Counted from the stretch's first letter, positions 1 to 10,230 are shown. The stretch is 64,000 nt of DNA from Bacteroidales bacterium (GCA_035389045.1 DAOORA010000020.1:1-64000); one strand, 5' to 3'. Made by a program: numbers and translations. The notes: generated by a model not told the origin, from the letters alone.

Positions 1-133
1 AGCTCCTTTTGAGCAGTCGTACCAACACTTTCATCCAAATCGGCACTATTATAAATATATAATCCCGATTCAAAACAGTTTCTGTGTATTTTTGCATTCA
101 TAGAAACAAGTTTTACCCTCAAAATACTAAGCT

Positions 134-1054
134 ATGCCATTAAAGATATTAGGTTTTGAAAAAAAATTTACCCGCAAATGGTTTATCAATTATTTTTCGA
201 TCATACTGGGCGCCTTTATCATATCGGTGGGCTTCGTATATTTTATTACTCCGTATAAATTTGTGCCGGGCGGGGTTTACGGTATTGCCATCGTAGTGCA
301 CTGGGTTACCAAGGGGCTGTTTGCCATCGCCCCCGAAGGCATACCGGTCGGATTGATGGGGCTGGCGCTCGACATCCCGCTCACCATCATCGGCACCAGA
401 ATCTTAGGCCCAAAATTCGGGATCAAGACCGTCATCGGGTTTGTGGCTGTGTCACAATTTATTATGTTGCTGACGTATTTCCAGGGCGATAAGCCGCTGG
501 TCGAAGGCGACCCTTTGTTATCTGCATTGTTTGGCGCTGTCCTGGTAGGCCTTGGGATAGGTATTATGTTCCGCTCCAAAGCTACTTCCGGCGGTTCAGA
601 TATCATCGCCATGATCATAGCCAAATATACCCATCTGCCGGTAGGCCAACTGTTGATCTATGTCGACTCCGTGATCGTGCTGCTGGGCCTTGTGGTTTTT
701 CAGGACTGGAAGATACCCCTGTACTCCTGGCTGATCATATTTATCACAGGAAAAGTAATAGATACGGTGATCCAGGGACTCAGCTACGAAAAAACGCTTT
801 TTATCATTTCCGAAAAACACGAAGAAATACGAAACGTAATTATTCATGAACTCGACCGCGGAGGAACTTTTATCATGGGAAAAGGCATGTTCAACGGCGC
901 CGAAAAGAAGATCATCTTCACCGTCGTCAGTCGTAAGGAACTGGCCTTGCTGAAGGATTATGTGCACCGCGTCGATCCCTACGCCTTCATGACCGTTCTT
1001 AATGCCAGCGAAATACTTGGCGAAGGATTTAAGCCCCTGAAACAGGAAGAATAA
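134..1054 (+). CDS. YitT family membrane protein (DUF2179 C-terminus)
   Basis: Multi-TM protein with PGGVYGIA and ATSGGSDIIA motifs and a C-terminal 'LDRGGT...VDPYAF...GEGF' domain. Confidence 0.9.
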   Translation: MPLKILGFEKKFTRKWFINYFSIILGAFIISVGFVYFITPYKFVPGGVYGIAIVVHWVTKGLFAIAPEGIPVGLMGLALDIPLTIIGTRILGPKFGIKTVIGFVAVSQFIMLLTYFQGDKPLVEGDPLLSALFGAVLVGLGIGIMFRSKATSGGSDIIAMIIAKYTHLPVGQLLIYVDSVIVLLGLVVFQDWKIPLYSWLIIFITGKVIDTVIQGLSYEKTLFIISEKHEEIRNVIIHELDRGGTFIMGKGMFNGAEKKIIFTVVSRKELALLKDYVHRVDPYAFMTVLNASEILGEGFKPLKQEE

Positions 1055-1155
1055 AAAGGTTTTATGTAATAATCAGACAATTACCTTTTAGGCCCGGTCT
1101 GATTTTAATAATATAAAAAAATGAAATATCAAATAAATAACAACAACTTAAATGC

Positions 1156-2646
1156 ATGAACTCAAACAGTAAATACATCTTATCTTTAGACCAGGGAACA
1201 ACAAGCTCCAGGGCTGTATTATTTAACGAAAATGCCTGCGTCTGCGGCATTGAACAAAAGGAAACAGGGCAGATTTACCCCGCACCCGGCTGGGTGGAAC
1301 AAGATGCTGAAGAAATATGGAACAATCAGCTCGCAGTAGCGCGGGAATTGATTAAGAAACAAAAAATTTCCGCCGGTCAGATAGCGGCCATTGGAATAAC
1401 CAACCAGCGGGAAACCACGGTGGTATGGGATAAACATACAGGCAGGCCGGTGTATAATGCCATCATCTGGCAGGATAAACGTACGGCAGATTTCTGTAAA
1501 AAACTCCGCGACCAAAACTGGGCGGATTATATACAGGAGAACACCGGGTTAATCATTGATTCGTACTTTTCAGCAAGCAAGCTGAACTGGATACTCAATC
1601 AATCCGAAGATATAAAATCCAGGGCGCAAAACGGCCAATTGCTTTTCGGCACCATAGATACCTACCTGATATGGAAATTAACAGGCGGAAAACTGCATAT
1701 CACGGACTTCTCGAATGCCTCACGTACCATGTTATTCAATATCAGGCAACTCTGCTGGGATAAAAAACTTCTTGATCTGATGGAGATACCGGCTTGTATG
1801 CTTCCCGAAGTTGTTGATTCTTCGGGTATTTACGGATATACAGATGTTACTGTTTTTGATGGAGTCGAAATCCCTGTTGCCGGTATTGCCGGCGACCAGC
1901 AGGCCGCCTTGTTCGGGCAGGCCTGTTTTGAAGAGGGTATGGTGAAAAACACTTATGGCACCGGATGTTTCCTGCTGATGAATACCGGCACACAACCTGT
2001 AACATCTGAAAACGGCCTGTTAACCACCATCGCCTGGGGCCTCGGTAATAAAGTGGAATATGCGCTCGAAGGCAGTGTTTTCATTGCAGGGGCAGTGATC
2101 AAATGGCTGCGCGACAACCTGAAAATGATCCGTACGGCAACTGAGTCAGAAAATTACGCCCTGGAGGCAACCGACAACGCCGGGGTATATTTTGTCCCCG
2201 CTTTTGCCGGCCTTGGCGCTCCCTACTGGGATATGGATGCCAGGGGCCTCATCACCGGGCTTACGCTGGCCACAGATAAAAAACATGTTGTCCGTGCAGC
2301 CCTCGAGGCAATGGCATTTCAGACAAGGGATGTAGTCAACGCCATGCAGCTCGATTCAGGTATCAGCCTGAAAATCATGAATGTAGACGGCGGCGCCTCC
2401 TCCAATGATTTCCTGATGCAATTTCAGGCAGATGTGCTCGGTGTGCCGGTCGTACGCCCGTCGAACATCGAATCTACAGCGCTGGGCGCTGCCTTCCTGG
2501 CAGGACTGGCTGTGAAACTCTGGACCAAAGAACAGCTGACACAACTCCGCAGACCCGACAAAATCTTTAAACCCTGCATGAACACCAACCAAAGAAATGA
2601 GTTGTATAAAGCATGGCAACATGCGGTGCAACAGGCAAGACAATGA
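1156..2646 (+). CDS. glpK: Glycerol kinase
   Basis: [38 protein letters not shown] and GLGAPYWD motifs. Confidence 0.96.
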   Translation: MNSNSKYILSLDQGTTSSRAVLFNENACVCGIEQKETGQIYPAPGWVEQDAEEIWNNQLAVARELIKKQKISAGQIAAIGITNQRETTVVWDKHTGRPVYNAIIWQDKRTADFCKKLRDQNWADYIQENTGLIIDSYFSASKLNWILNQSEDIKSRAQNGQLLFGTIDTYLIWKLTGGKLHITDFSNASRTMLFNIRQLCWDKKLLDLMEIPACMLPEVVDSSGIYGYTDVTVFDGVEIPVAGIAGDQQAALFGQACFEEGMVKNTYGTGCFLLMNTGTQPVTSENGLLTTIAWGLGNKVEYALEGSVFIAGAVIKWLRDNLKMIRTATESENYALEATDNAGVYFVPAFAGLGAPYWDMDARGLITGLTLATDKKHVVRAALEAMAFQTRDVVNAMQLDSGISLKIMNVDGGASSNDFLMQFQADVLGVPVVRPSNIESTALGAAFLAGLAVKLWTKEQLTQLRRPDKIFKPCMNTNQRNELYKAWQHAVQQARQ

Positions 2647-2776
2647 ATCCGGAATAGAAGTTATCACAGTTTGTTCTCAAATACAGCACTATACGACGAT
2701 AATCTAAAATTTGTATTAATCTTTTAAAAACAACAAAAAATTTGTATTTTTGTTTATAAATTTAAAACCAGTATTT

Positions 2777-3370
2777 ATGAAAAGGATTTTCATTTTAGCC
2801 GTTGCAATACTTTTAGCAGGTAGTTTGAACCCTACTTTTGCACAACAGAGCAGTGGCCCCGGAGCATGGTTCAGGACGGGGTCCGTAATCTCCTATCATG
2901 TGATGAACGGAGCCAAAGAATATGACTATGTGGTCAGCGACCTGGTGATAGATAACCATATCACTTTTAACTGGAAAATGACTGACCCGGTCAATTATTC
3001 GGGCAAAGTGAAAATATTCAATTATGCCATAGACACGGCTTCAATCATGGTAAATTATTTTGAGAATGGTTCTTCTCAGAACATGGTGAACAAAACCACT
3101 GCTATGCTCAGCCGCAAAATATACAAACGCCTCTTATCGCAAACAACTGTTAATGTGACGATAGATAAAAATGATGAAACCCTGAAATTTATGCGAAACG
3201 AAAAATATCCTGTCGTTATTGATGGTGTTTCCCGGGAAATTGATGTTATGATGGTCGAATCAGAAACGGGGCATAAATTCTGGATACTCAACTATCCCCA
3301 GTTCCCTCTGATCATAAAAATGGAACTGGATTTTACGATCAGCCTGAAAACGGTGGAAACCACGAAATAG
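2777..3370 (+). CDS. Hypothetical exported protein
   Basis: ATG at 2777 gives signal peptide MKRIFILAVAILLAG...FAQ; TAnnTTTG box at 2745-2752. Confidence 0.7.
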   Translation: MKRIFILAVAILLAGSLNPTFAQQSSGPGAWFRTGSVISYHVMNGAKEYDYVVSDLVIDNHITFNWKMTDPVNYSGKVKIFNYAIDTASIMVNYFENGSSQNMVNKTTAMLSRKIYKRLLSQTTVNVTIDKNDETLKFMRNEKYPVVIDGVSREIDVMMVESETGHKFWILNYPQFPLIIKMELDFTISLKTVETTK

Positions 3371-3402
3371 TGTTTATTCCATAACTCCATTCTCTTCCCC
3401 GC

Positions 3403-3472
3403 GAGGCTGTCTCAAAAGTCAAAATTCTTTTGTATTTAGAAAAGGCGCATAAAGGACTTTTGATACAGTCCC
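3403..3472. mobile_element. Small MITE-like element with 18-bp imperfect terminal inverted repeats
   Basis: GAGGCTGTCTCAAAAGTC (3403-3420) versus GACTTTTGATACAGTCCC (3455-3472), 15/18 complementary; no ORF inside. Confidence 0.5.
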
Positions 3473-3665
3473 CAAGCTTCGCAAATGAACTTTCGGTTCA
3501 AACACTGGGGTTCAGTTCAGACACTATTTATCAGCCCTTTTAGGCTCTTCTGTATCTTTGAGCCTGGATTATTGATTTTATTTTACATTTTACTTGCTTT
3601 TTGGTAGTAATTGTTGTACCTTTGTTTTTAATTAGTCTAAATTAATATAACCTAAAAAAAACATT

Positions 3666-4394
3666 ATGAAACCGAGATTATTTTTATCATTGGTACTCAT
3701 GCTGACAGTTGTTGCTCTAAATGCACAGCCTGTCAATAAAAGTCAGATTTGCATTGGCATGAATGCACCCGAGTTTAAATCACTGTCAACTCAGGGGGAG
3801 ATCAATTTTCCAGCAGACTATTACAACAAGTGGAAGGTACTTTTCAGTCATCCTGCAGATTTTACACCGGTTTGTACTTCCGAGATCATTGCACTTGCCG
3901 ATAAACAGGAAGAGTTTAAATATCTCAATGCAGCTTTGATTGTTATATCAACCGATGGCTTGAACAGTCATATCGAATGGGTGAAGTCTATAGAGGGAAT
4001 AAGCCGTACAGGTAAATCTGCGATCAAGATCAATTTTCCATTGGTCTCTGATGTTGACATGACGGTGGTCAGGAAATATAACATGATGCATCAGGATACA
4101 AGCAACCGGGCAAGTGTACGCTCGGTAGTGATCATTGATCCTGATAACAAGGTAAGGACATTCTTTGTATATCCTGATAACATTGGCAGGAATATCGATG
4201 AAATATTACGTACCTTGAAGGCCTTGCAGATGGCCGACAAAGAAAATGTACTGACACCGGCAAACTGGCAAATTGGTAAAGATGTATTAATCCATGCACC
4301 TAAAACAATGAAAGAATCTGAAAAATTAAAGTTACAGAATAATCCTGATATGTACTCGCAAACCTGGTATATGTGGTATAAGAAAAGTCAATAG
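3666..4394 (+). CDS. Peroxiredoxin, Prx6/1-Cys-type, with N-terminal signal peptide
   Basis: FSHPADFTPVCTSE peroxidatic motif, GRNIDEILR, TPANW; hydrophobic leader ending LNA-Q. Confidence 0.88.
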   Translation: MKPRLFLSLVLMLTVVALNAQPVNKSQICIGMNAPEFKSLSTQGEINFPADYYNKWKVLFSHPADFTPVCTSEIIALADKQEEFKYLNAALIVISTDGLNSHIEWVKSIEGISRTGKSAIKINFPLVSDVDMTVVRKYNMMHQDTSNRASVRSVVIIDPDNKVRTFFVYPDNIGRNIDEILRTLKALQMADKENVLTPANWQIGKDVLIHAPKTMKESEKLKLQNNPDMYSQTWYMWYKKSQ

Positions 4395-4400
4395 TGCGAA

Positions 4401-5354
4401 TTAACAGAGCAGGTCATTCAGATCCACATTTCCGCCAGAGACAATGATCCCGGTTCTTTTTCCTATAAAAAGACCGGGATTGTTTTTTATTACCGCCAAT
4501 GTTACCGCTGAAGAAGGTTCCACAATGATCTTCATCCGTTCCCAGATAAGCTTCATGGAGGCGATGATATCACTTTCAGATACCGTGAAAATATCATGGA
4601 GATGTTCCATAATAATCGGGAAGGTAAGTTCGCCGAGAGAGGTTCTTAGTCCGTCAGCTATTGTATCCGGATGTATTGAAGGAATAAATGTTTTGGATTT
4701 GAAAGACAAATACGCATCGTTGGCCTGTTCCGGTTCGGCTGCTATGACCTTGGTAAAAGGCGAAAAATATTTTGCTGCCAGTAAGGCGCCGCTAAGCAAT
4801 CCACCCCCTCCAACGGGACAGATGATATAATCAAGCCCGGGTATTTCCTGAATCAGCTCTTTTGCAGCAGTAGCCTGCCCTGCTATCACCTGATAATTGT
4901 CGTAGGGATGGATTTCCAATGCTCCTGTTCGGGAAATGACTTCTTTAAGGGTTGATTCCCGCGCTTCGAGTGTCGGCTTGCAGAACGTGATAAGGCCTCC
5001 ATAGGCTTTAACGGCCTCTATCTTAACTTTAGATGAATTTTCAGGCATGACGACATAAGCCCTTGCATTTCGCAATTTTGCTGCCCGTGCCAGAGCCTGG
5101 GCATGATTGCCGGAAGAATGAGTAGCCACACCCTTGTTCAATTGGTCCTGGTCCAATGAAAAAACAGCATTGCAAGCGCCGCGGGATTTAAAAACCCCTG
5201 CTTTCTGAAAATTCTCACATTTTAAATATAAATGAGTCTGATACATTTCATTCAGACTTTGTGAAGTCATCACAGGAGTATGGTTAACAGCCTGTTTTAT
5301 CCGCCATGCTGCTTCTTCAATGATCGTCTTATCAGGTATTTTCATAATTTCCAT
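4401..5354 (-). CDS. PLP-dependent serine/threonine dehydratase or serine racemase family
   Basis: LKCENFQKAGVFKSRGA (PLP lysine), SSGNHAQA, PVGGGGL, EPSSA, SGGNVD. Confidence 0.9.
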   Translation of the reverse strand: MEIMKIPDKTIIEEAAWRIKQAVNHTPVMTSQSLNEMYQTHLYLKCENFQKAGVFKSRGACNAVFSLDQDQLNKGVATHSSGNHAQALARAAKLRNARAYVVMPENSSKVKIEAVKAYGGLITFCKPTLEARESTLKEVISRTGALEIHPYDNYQVIAGQATAAKELIQEIPGLDYIICPVGGGGLLSGALLAAKYFSPFTKVIAAEPEQANDAYLSFKSKTFIPSIHPDTIADGLRTSLGELTFPIIMEHLHDIFTVSESDIIASMKLIWERMKIIVEPSSAVTLAVIKNNPGLFIGKRTGIIVSGGNVDLNDLLC

Positions 5355-5603
5355 TTTAACCCATATTAAGCATTAGGAGCTTGCGAGCTAATGCTTTAGT
5401 TGTCCGCCACCCGGCGGACGACTTTGTAAATGTTTACCGACTTTGGGGATTGAACAAAATATAATACAGAATTGCCGGGATTACATTTACTTTGTCGATT
5501 CCGCAGTAAAAATTTACTCAAGCTAATCCATCCCAAAGAATTTACCAAACTGTTTCTATTGCTATACATTATAGATTTTCTATTGCGGAATTTGGGTTTA
5601 ATT

Positions 5604-5639
5604 AAAAAAGGCTTGAAACAAAATGTGACAAGCCTTTTT
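5604..5639 (-). terminator. Intrinsic terminator after the oxidoreductase operon
   Basis: AAAAAAGGCTTG-N13-CAAGCCTTTTT stem with a U-tract on the minus strand, ~30 bp after the stop at 5672. Confidence 0.7.
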
Positions 5640-5671
5640 AAAAATAATTTTAAACCAGAAAATGGCAGGAA

Positions 5672-6223
5672 TTACACTTTATGTATTTCCTTAATAATTT
5701 GTTTACCAATCTCAACCGCTTTTTCATTATCGGGTATCATCCCGTGATGACGTTTGGGGAGTGATTTTTCGAGGCCTTTTCTGATGTATTCGGTACTTAC
5801 TATAGGTTTTATTTTCAGGTAGGCGCCCAGCACCATCATGTTAAACACCTTGTTCATACCCAGCTTGGTAGCTTCATCGGAAGCATCCACGCGGTAGATA
5901 CTGATGTCCTTACGTTCGGGATGGCGGGTAATGCCGTTGCCGTCGTATATCAGGGTTCCGCCCGGCTTCACCGATTTCTCAAATTTATCCATTGACTGCT
6001 GGTTCAGGATAATGGCTGTATCGTAAACGGTAAGAATCGGCGAACTGATACGTTCGTCGCTTACGATAACCGTAACGTTGGCTGTCCCCCCCCGCATTTC
6101 AGGACCGTAGGAAGGCATCCAGCTTACTTCTTTATTTTGCATGACACCGGAATAGGCAAGAATTTTACCCATAGACAAAACTCCCTGTCCTCCAAAACCG
6201 GCTATGATAATTTCTTCAGTCAT
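5672..6223 (-). CDS. 2-oxoacid:ferredoxin oxidoreductase gamma subunit
   Basis: AGFGGQGVL and PSYGPEMRGGTAN motifs; operon context. Confidence 0.93.
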   Translation of the reverse strand: MTEEIIIAGFGGQGVLSMGKILAYSGVMQNKEVSWMPSYGPEMRGGTANVTVIVSDERISSPILTVYDTAIILNQQSMDKFEKSVKPGGTLIYDGNGITRHPERKDISIYRVDASDEATKLGMNKVFNMMVLGAYLKIKPIVSTEYIRKGLEKSLPKRHHGMIPDNEKAVEIGKQIIKEIHKV

Positions 6224-6260
6224 ATTATTTGGTTTTTTTTTAAATTTATTATTTCTTCCT

Positions 6261-6302
6261 ATTTGTGATTTATGATTTATGACTTATGATTTATGATTTA
6301 TT
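6261..6302. repeat. Heptamer tandem array (ATTTATG, 6 imperfect units)
   Basis: atttgtg atttatg atttatg acttatg atttatg atttatt; overlaps the stop codon of the four-helix-bundle gene. Confidence 0.9.
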
Positions 6303-6662
6303 AAAACTGCCGTTAATCGTTTTTATTGATTTAGTAAAGATCGCAACAAATTCATCAGATTCCTTTATCAATAATTCTATATTTTTAACGAAATTGGACT
6401 CCATCAATTCTATATCAATTATAAAAGTCAGCCAAAAATTACTTTCGTCTGCTTCCTCTACAACAATTTTCAATTTATTAGTAAAATCAATTTTTGATTT
6501 AGCTCTTAAAACAGCCCGATAGTTTGCTGCAACAGATGAAGATGATTTTAACAATTGATACGCAACAACATCAGCTGCTTTCGACTTGGGAAATCCATCT
6601 ACAAGTTTAAAAACACTTATTGCAAATGAACGAGTTCGTTTTAGAAGTTCGTTTTTGTCCAT
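6291..6662 (-). CDS. Four helix bundle protein (23S rRNA IVP / bAvd-like family)
   Basis: 123 aa; RTRSFA...QLLKSSSSVAANYRA...RAKSKIDF..KL.IV.EEADES.FWL pattern; visibly more AT-rich than the flanking genes. Confidence 0.9.
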   Translation of the reverse strand: MDKNELLKRTRSFAISVFKLVDGFPKSKAADVVAYQLLKSSSSVAANYRAVLRAKSKIDFTNKLKIVVEEADESNFWLTFIIDIELMESNFVKNIELLIKESDEFVAIFTKSIKTINGSFNKS

Positions 6663-6681
6663 TTTAGCGTTAAATAATAAT

Positions 6682-6710
6682 TCTTAAATCTCAAATCTCA
6701 AATCTTAAAT
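6682..6710. repeat. Heptamer tandem array (TCTYAAA x4; ATTTRAG on the minus strand)
   Basis: tcttaaa tctcaaa tctcaaa tcttaaa, between the beta-subunit stop and the four-helix-bundle start. Confidence 0.9.
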
Positions 6711-6715
6711 TTAAT

Positions 6716-7492
6716 TTATTCAGTAGGGACTTTAATATCACCCAAAGGATAAAAGGGGAACATATTCTCTTCCATCCATTTGTTGGCCTGAACAGGCGTC
6801 ATTTTCCAGCCTGAATTGCAGTTGGAAACTACTTCGATGAAAGAAAGTCCTTTTTTGGCGTAAGAAAGTTCAAAAGCTTTCCGTATCGCTCTTTTCACTT
6901 TGCGGACATTAGCCGGGGTATGCACCGAATGTCTTGTAACAAAGCAGGTTCCCGGAAGTGTAGCCACGATCTCAGTGATCTTCAATGGATTTCCCATGAT
7001 TTGGGTATCGCGTCCGTAAGGGCATGTAGAAGCCTTCATATTGGGCAGCGTAGTAGGCGCCATCTGACCGCCTGTCATGCCATAGATACCGTTATTAATG
7101 AAAATGATCACAAAGTTTTCGCCACGGTTGCATGCATGGATGGTTTCGGCGGTGCCGATAGCGGCAAGGTCGCCATCGCCCTGGTAAGTAAACACATATT
7201 TTTCGGGCATCAGTCTTTTGATTGCTGTGGCCAGAGCGGGCGCCCGGCCGTGGGCAGCCTGTTGCATGTCTATATCCAGAAAATCGTAAGCCAGTACCGA
7301 ACATCCCACCGGAGCGATACCAATTGTTTCTGACTGTATACCCATTTCTTCGACAACTTCCATGAGCATGCGGTGGACAACGCCGTGACCGCAGCCCGGG
7401 CAATAACTCAATGCCGTGTCAACAAGGAGGTTAGTTCTTTTGTAAACCAGGTTTTCCGGTTTTATTATTTGTTCTTTTGATAATGTTTCCAT
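6716..7492 (-). CDS. 2-oxoacid:ferredoxin oxidoreductase beta (TPP-binding) subunit
   Basis: YCPGCGHG, GDGDLAAIG...NNGIYGMTGGQMAPTT. Confidence 0.93.
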   Translation of the reverse strand: METLSKEQIIKPENLVYKRTNLLVDTALSYCPGCGHGVVHRMLMEVVEEMGIQSETIGIAPVGCSVLAYDFLDIDMQQAAHGRAPALATAIKRLMPEKYVFTYQGDGDLAAIGTAETIHACNRGENFVIIFINNGIYGMTGGQMAPTTLPNMKASTCPYGRDTQIMGNPLKITEIVATLPGTCFVTRHSVHTPANVRKVKRAIRKAFELSYAKKGLSFIEVVSNCNSGWKMTPVQANKWMEENMFPFYPLGDIKVPTE

Positions 7493-7495
7493 TGC

Positions 7496-8578
7496 TTATC
7501 CTCCAATAAGTTTAGTTTCTAATACCTTGACTACTTCTTCGGGTGTTGGAATAATGCCGCCATGACGGCCATAATGTTCAACAGGGATTTTACATTCAAC
7601 GGCCAGACGCACATCTTCCACCATCTGTCCGAGATTCATTTCTACGGTCAGCATGCCTTTTACCTGTCCTCCCAGTTCCTTTAAAGGTTTTTTGGGGAAT
7701 GGGAATAACGTTATCGGCCTGAACAGACCGACTTTGATTCCCTTTTCACGGGCTATATCCATAGCTTTCTGACAAATACGTGAGCTGGACCCGAATGCCA
7801 CAAAAAGATATTCTGCATCGTCGCAGTTAATTTTTTCATAACGTACTTCGTTTTCTTCCATGGCTTTGTACTTGCGTTCGAGGCTCAACACATGCTTTTC
7901 CTGTTTTGAAGGATCGAGGTCGAGGGAAGTAATGATGTTGCGTTCTCTGTCGGGTGTTTTTCCTGTGGTAGCCCAGGGAGACATTTTCAGTATTTCTTCT
8001 TTTGTCCAACGGGGTTTTGTTTCCTGAAGCTCAACTTTTTCCATCATCTGTCCGATGACGCCGTCCGATAGAATCATCACAGGATTACGGTACTTGAAGG
8101 CAAGATCAAATCCCAGGGAAACGAAGTCCGACATTTCCTGTACAGAGGCCGGCGCCAGCACGAGCAGACGGTAGTCGCCGTGTCCGCCGCCTTTGGTGGC
8201 CTGGAAATAATCACCCTGTGAAGGTTGTATAGTCCCTAATCCGGGGCCTCCCCTAACCACGTTAACGATAAGACAAGGCAACTCAGCGCCTGCGATATAA
8301 GAGATGCCTTCCATTTTTAAGCTTATTCCGGGGCTTGAGGAAGTGGTCATACATTTTTTTCCGCAGGAAGCGCCTCCGTAAACCATGTTGATGGCAGCCA
8401 CTTCGCTTTCGGCCTGAAGAACAACCATTCCGGTGGTTTCGTATGGCTTCTGAGCCATGAGGTATTCCAGTATTTCTGACTGTGGTGTAATAGGATAACC
8501 GAAATAGCCGTCAGCTCCGGCACGTATGGCTGCCTCAGCTATTGCCTCATTACCCTTCATTAATCTTAATTCTTTCAT
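7496..8578 (-). CDS. vorB: 2-oxoacid:ferredoxin oxidoreductase alpha subunit (2-ketoisovalerate/VOR type)
   Basis: MKGNEAIAEAA, GYPITPQSE, QAESEVAAINM, TSSSPG, RGGPGLG, KGGGHGDY. Confidence 0.9.
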   Translation of the reverse strand: MKELRLMKGNEAIAEAAIRAGADGYFGYPITPQSEILEYLMAQKPYETTGMVVLQAESEVAAINMVYGGASCGKKCMTTSSSPGISLKMEGISYIAGAELPCLIVNVVRGGPGLGTIQPSQGDYFQATKGGGHGDYRLLVLAPASVQEMSDFVSLGFDLAFKYRNPVMILSDGVIGQMMEKVELQETKPRWTKEEILKMSPWATTGKTPDRERNIITSLDLDPSKQEKHVLSLERKYKAMEENEVRYEKINCDDAEYLFVAFGSSSRICQKAMDIAREKGIKVGLFRPITLFPFPKKPLKELGGQVKGMLTVEMNLGQMVEDVRLAVECKIPVEHYGRHGGIIPTPEEVVKVLETKLIGG

Positions 8579-8596
8579 TAGGTTATAAATTTAAAT

Positions 8597-8830
8597 TTAA
8601 ACTTCGGTGGTTATTTTAGTTCTGTATACAGTAATGACGCCATCGGGACATACCACAGCGCAGTTTGCGCAGCCTACGCAACGGTCGTTGACCATCATTG
8701 CATAATGGTATCCCTTGGAGTTGACGCCCGGATTCATTCCTATGACCTCTTCCGGACAAGCTGTGGTGCAAACTTCGCATCCTTTGCAGCGTTCGATATT
8801 GATTACTATTGCTCCTTTAAATTTTGCCAT
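8597..8830 (-). CDS. 2x[4Fe-4S] ferredoxin (delta subunit)
   Basis: CKGCEVCTTACP and CVGCANCAVVCP. Confidence 0.93.
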   Translation of the reverse strand: MAKFKGAIVINIERCKGCEVCTTACPEEVIGMNPGVNSKGYHYAMMVNDRCVGCANCAVVCPDGVITVYRTKITTEV

Positions 8831-8904
8831 GATTTGTTTTATAATTTATGATTTATGATTATAGTATTATGAGTCAGATATTATTTAGGCGAAAATAGTT
8901 AAAA

Positions 8905-10230
8905 TTAATCAGAATTCAGCGGATGATGTTCGTGAAATTTTTTCAGGCGGTATTCCAGATCGGGGAACTGATCGCGGTGAACCAGCGAAACACAGGCGCG
9001 CATGCCCTCGATACGGCTGCTGCCCGTTATGGCGAGCGAAATGGCGCTAATGCCATAATACATCAGCTCTTCAAGCAATTGCTCACCCGTAAATCCCGGA
9101 TAGGAAAAAGTAAAATAAAATCCGTCGGCCAACGGGTCATTTTCGTCTTTATCATAGACGATTTGAAAACCATTATCCGTAAACATTTTTTTCATGATCC
9201 TGGCTTTTTCGCCGTATTCCTTAACTTCATCAACAAAGTTAAATTTGCCTTCGTTGGCGGCTTTCAGCATGGCTGCCATGGCATATTGAGCGCTGTGCGC
9301 TGTTCCCGAACTCAGGGAATAAATCGATCCATAAACCATTGCCCTGCCAAACTGGTCGGAGGTATAGTAACGTTTCAGATCCGGAGCTTGTAAACCAAAC
9401 ACTTTAGGTGAAATAACCATGATTCCGATACGTTGACCAGCATAACTGAACACTTTTGACCCCGAAACAAAAAGAATATAATTGTCGGTATACTTTGCCA
9501 CGGTAGGCTGGAACGGAGCCACACCGGGTTTTGAATAATCCTTGCGGAAATCCATGCCAAAATAGGCCAGATCTTCCAGTACCAGAACATTATACTGGTT
9601 CGCAAGATCGCCGATGATTTTTAATTCCCTGTCCGTGAAACATATCCATGAAGGATTATTGGGGTTGGAATATAAAATACTGGCAATGTTACCTTTTCTC
9701 AGATAGGATTCGATTTTATCCTTCAGTTTTTCACCGCGATAATCATAAACATCAAAAGCCTCGAATTTGGTTCCTATAACTGCATGTTGCTGTTTATGAA
9801 CAGGAAAGCAAGGATCGAGCATCAGTGTAGTATCTTTTTCACGGTACATACGGTTCACGGTCATAAAAGCCGCATAACCTCCCTGCATGGAACCTACCGT
9901 AGGAATACAATTTTCAGGATTTACATCCGTATCCAAAAAAAGTTTCACAAAACGGGCCATTTCGTTTTTAAGCTCCGGCAATCCGTCAATCTCGGGATAA
10001 ATAGCCGCACAACCGCTTTGAAGTGCCTGAATTTCAGCTTCTACGCCAATTTTTGCTGCCGGCAACCCGGGAACGCCCATCTCCATGCGGATATACTTCT
10101 GCCCGGTTTCATTTTCAATTTCATTGATCAGTCTTTTGACTTCACGGATGGTGGCCCTGCCAACGTTGGGGATGTTGCTTGTCGCTATCCTCCGCTTTAC
10201 AACTTCGTAATCAATAGGTGTATCTTTCAT
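8905..10230 (-). CDS. PLP-dependent aminotransferase class I/II
   Basis: SNPNNPSW, EDLAY, SGSKVFSYAGQRIG. Confidence 0.9.
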   Translation of the reverse strand: MKDTPIDYEVVKRRIATSNIPNVGRATIREVKRLINEIENETGQKYIRMEMGVPGLPAAKIGVEAEIQALQSGCAAIYPEIDGLPELKNEMARFVKLFLDTDVNPENCIPTVGSMQGGYAAFMTVNRMYREKDTTLMLDPCFPVHKQQHAVIGTKFEAFDVYDYRGEKLKDKIESYLRKGNIASILYSNPNNPSWICFTDRELKIIGDLANQYNVLVLEDLAYFGMDFRKDYSKPGVAPFQPTVAKYTDNYILFVSGSKVFSYAGQRIGIMVISPKVFGLQAPDLKRYYTSDQFGRAMVYGSIYSLSSGTAHSAQYAMAAMLKAANEGKFNFVDEVKEYGEKARIMKKMFTDNGFQIVYDKDENDPLADGFYFTFSYPGFTGEQLLEELMYYGISAISLAITGSSRIEGMRACVSLVHRDQFPDLEYRLKKFHEHHPLNSD

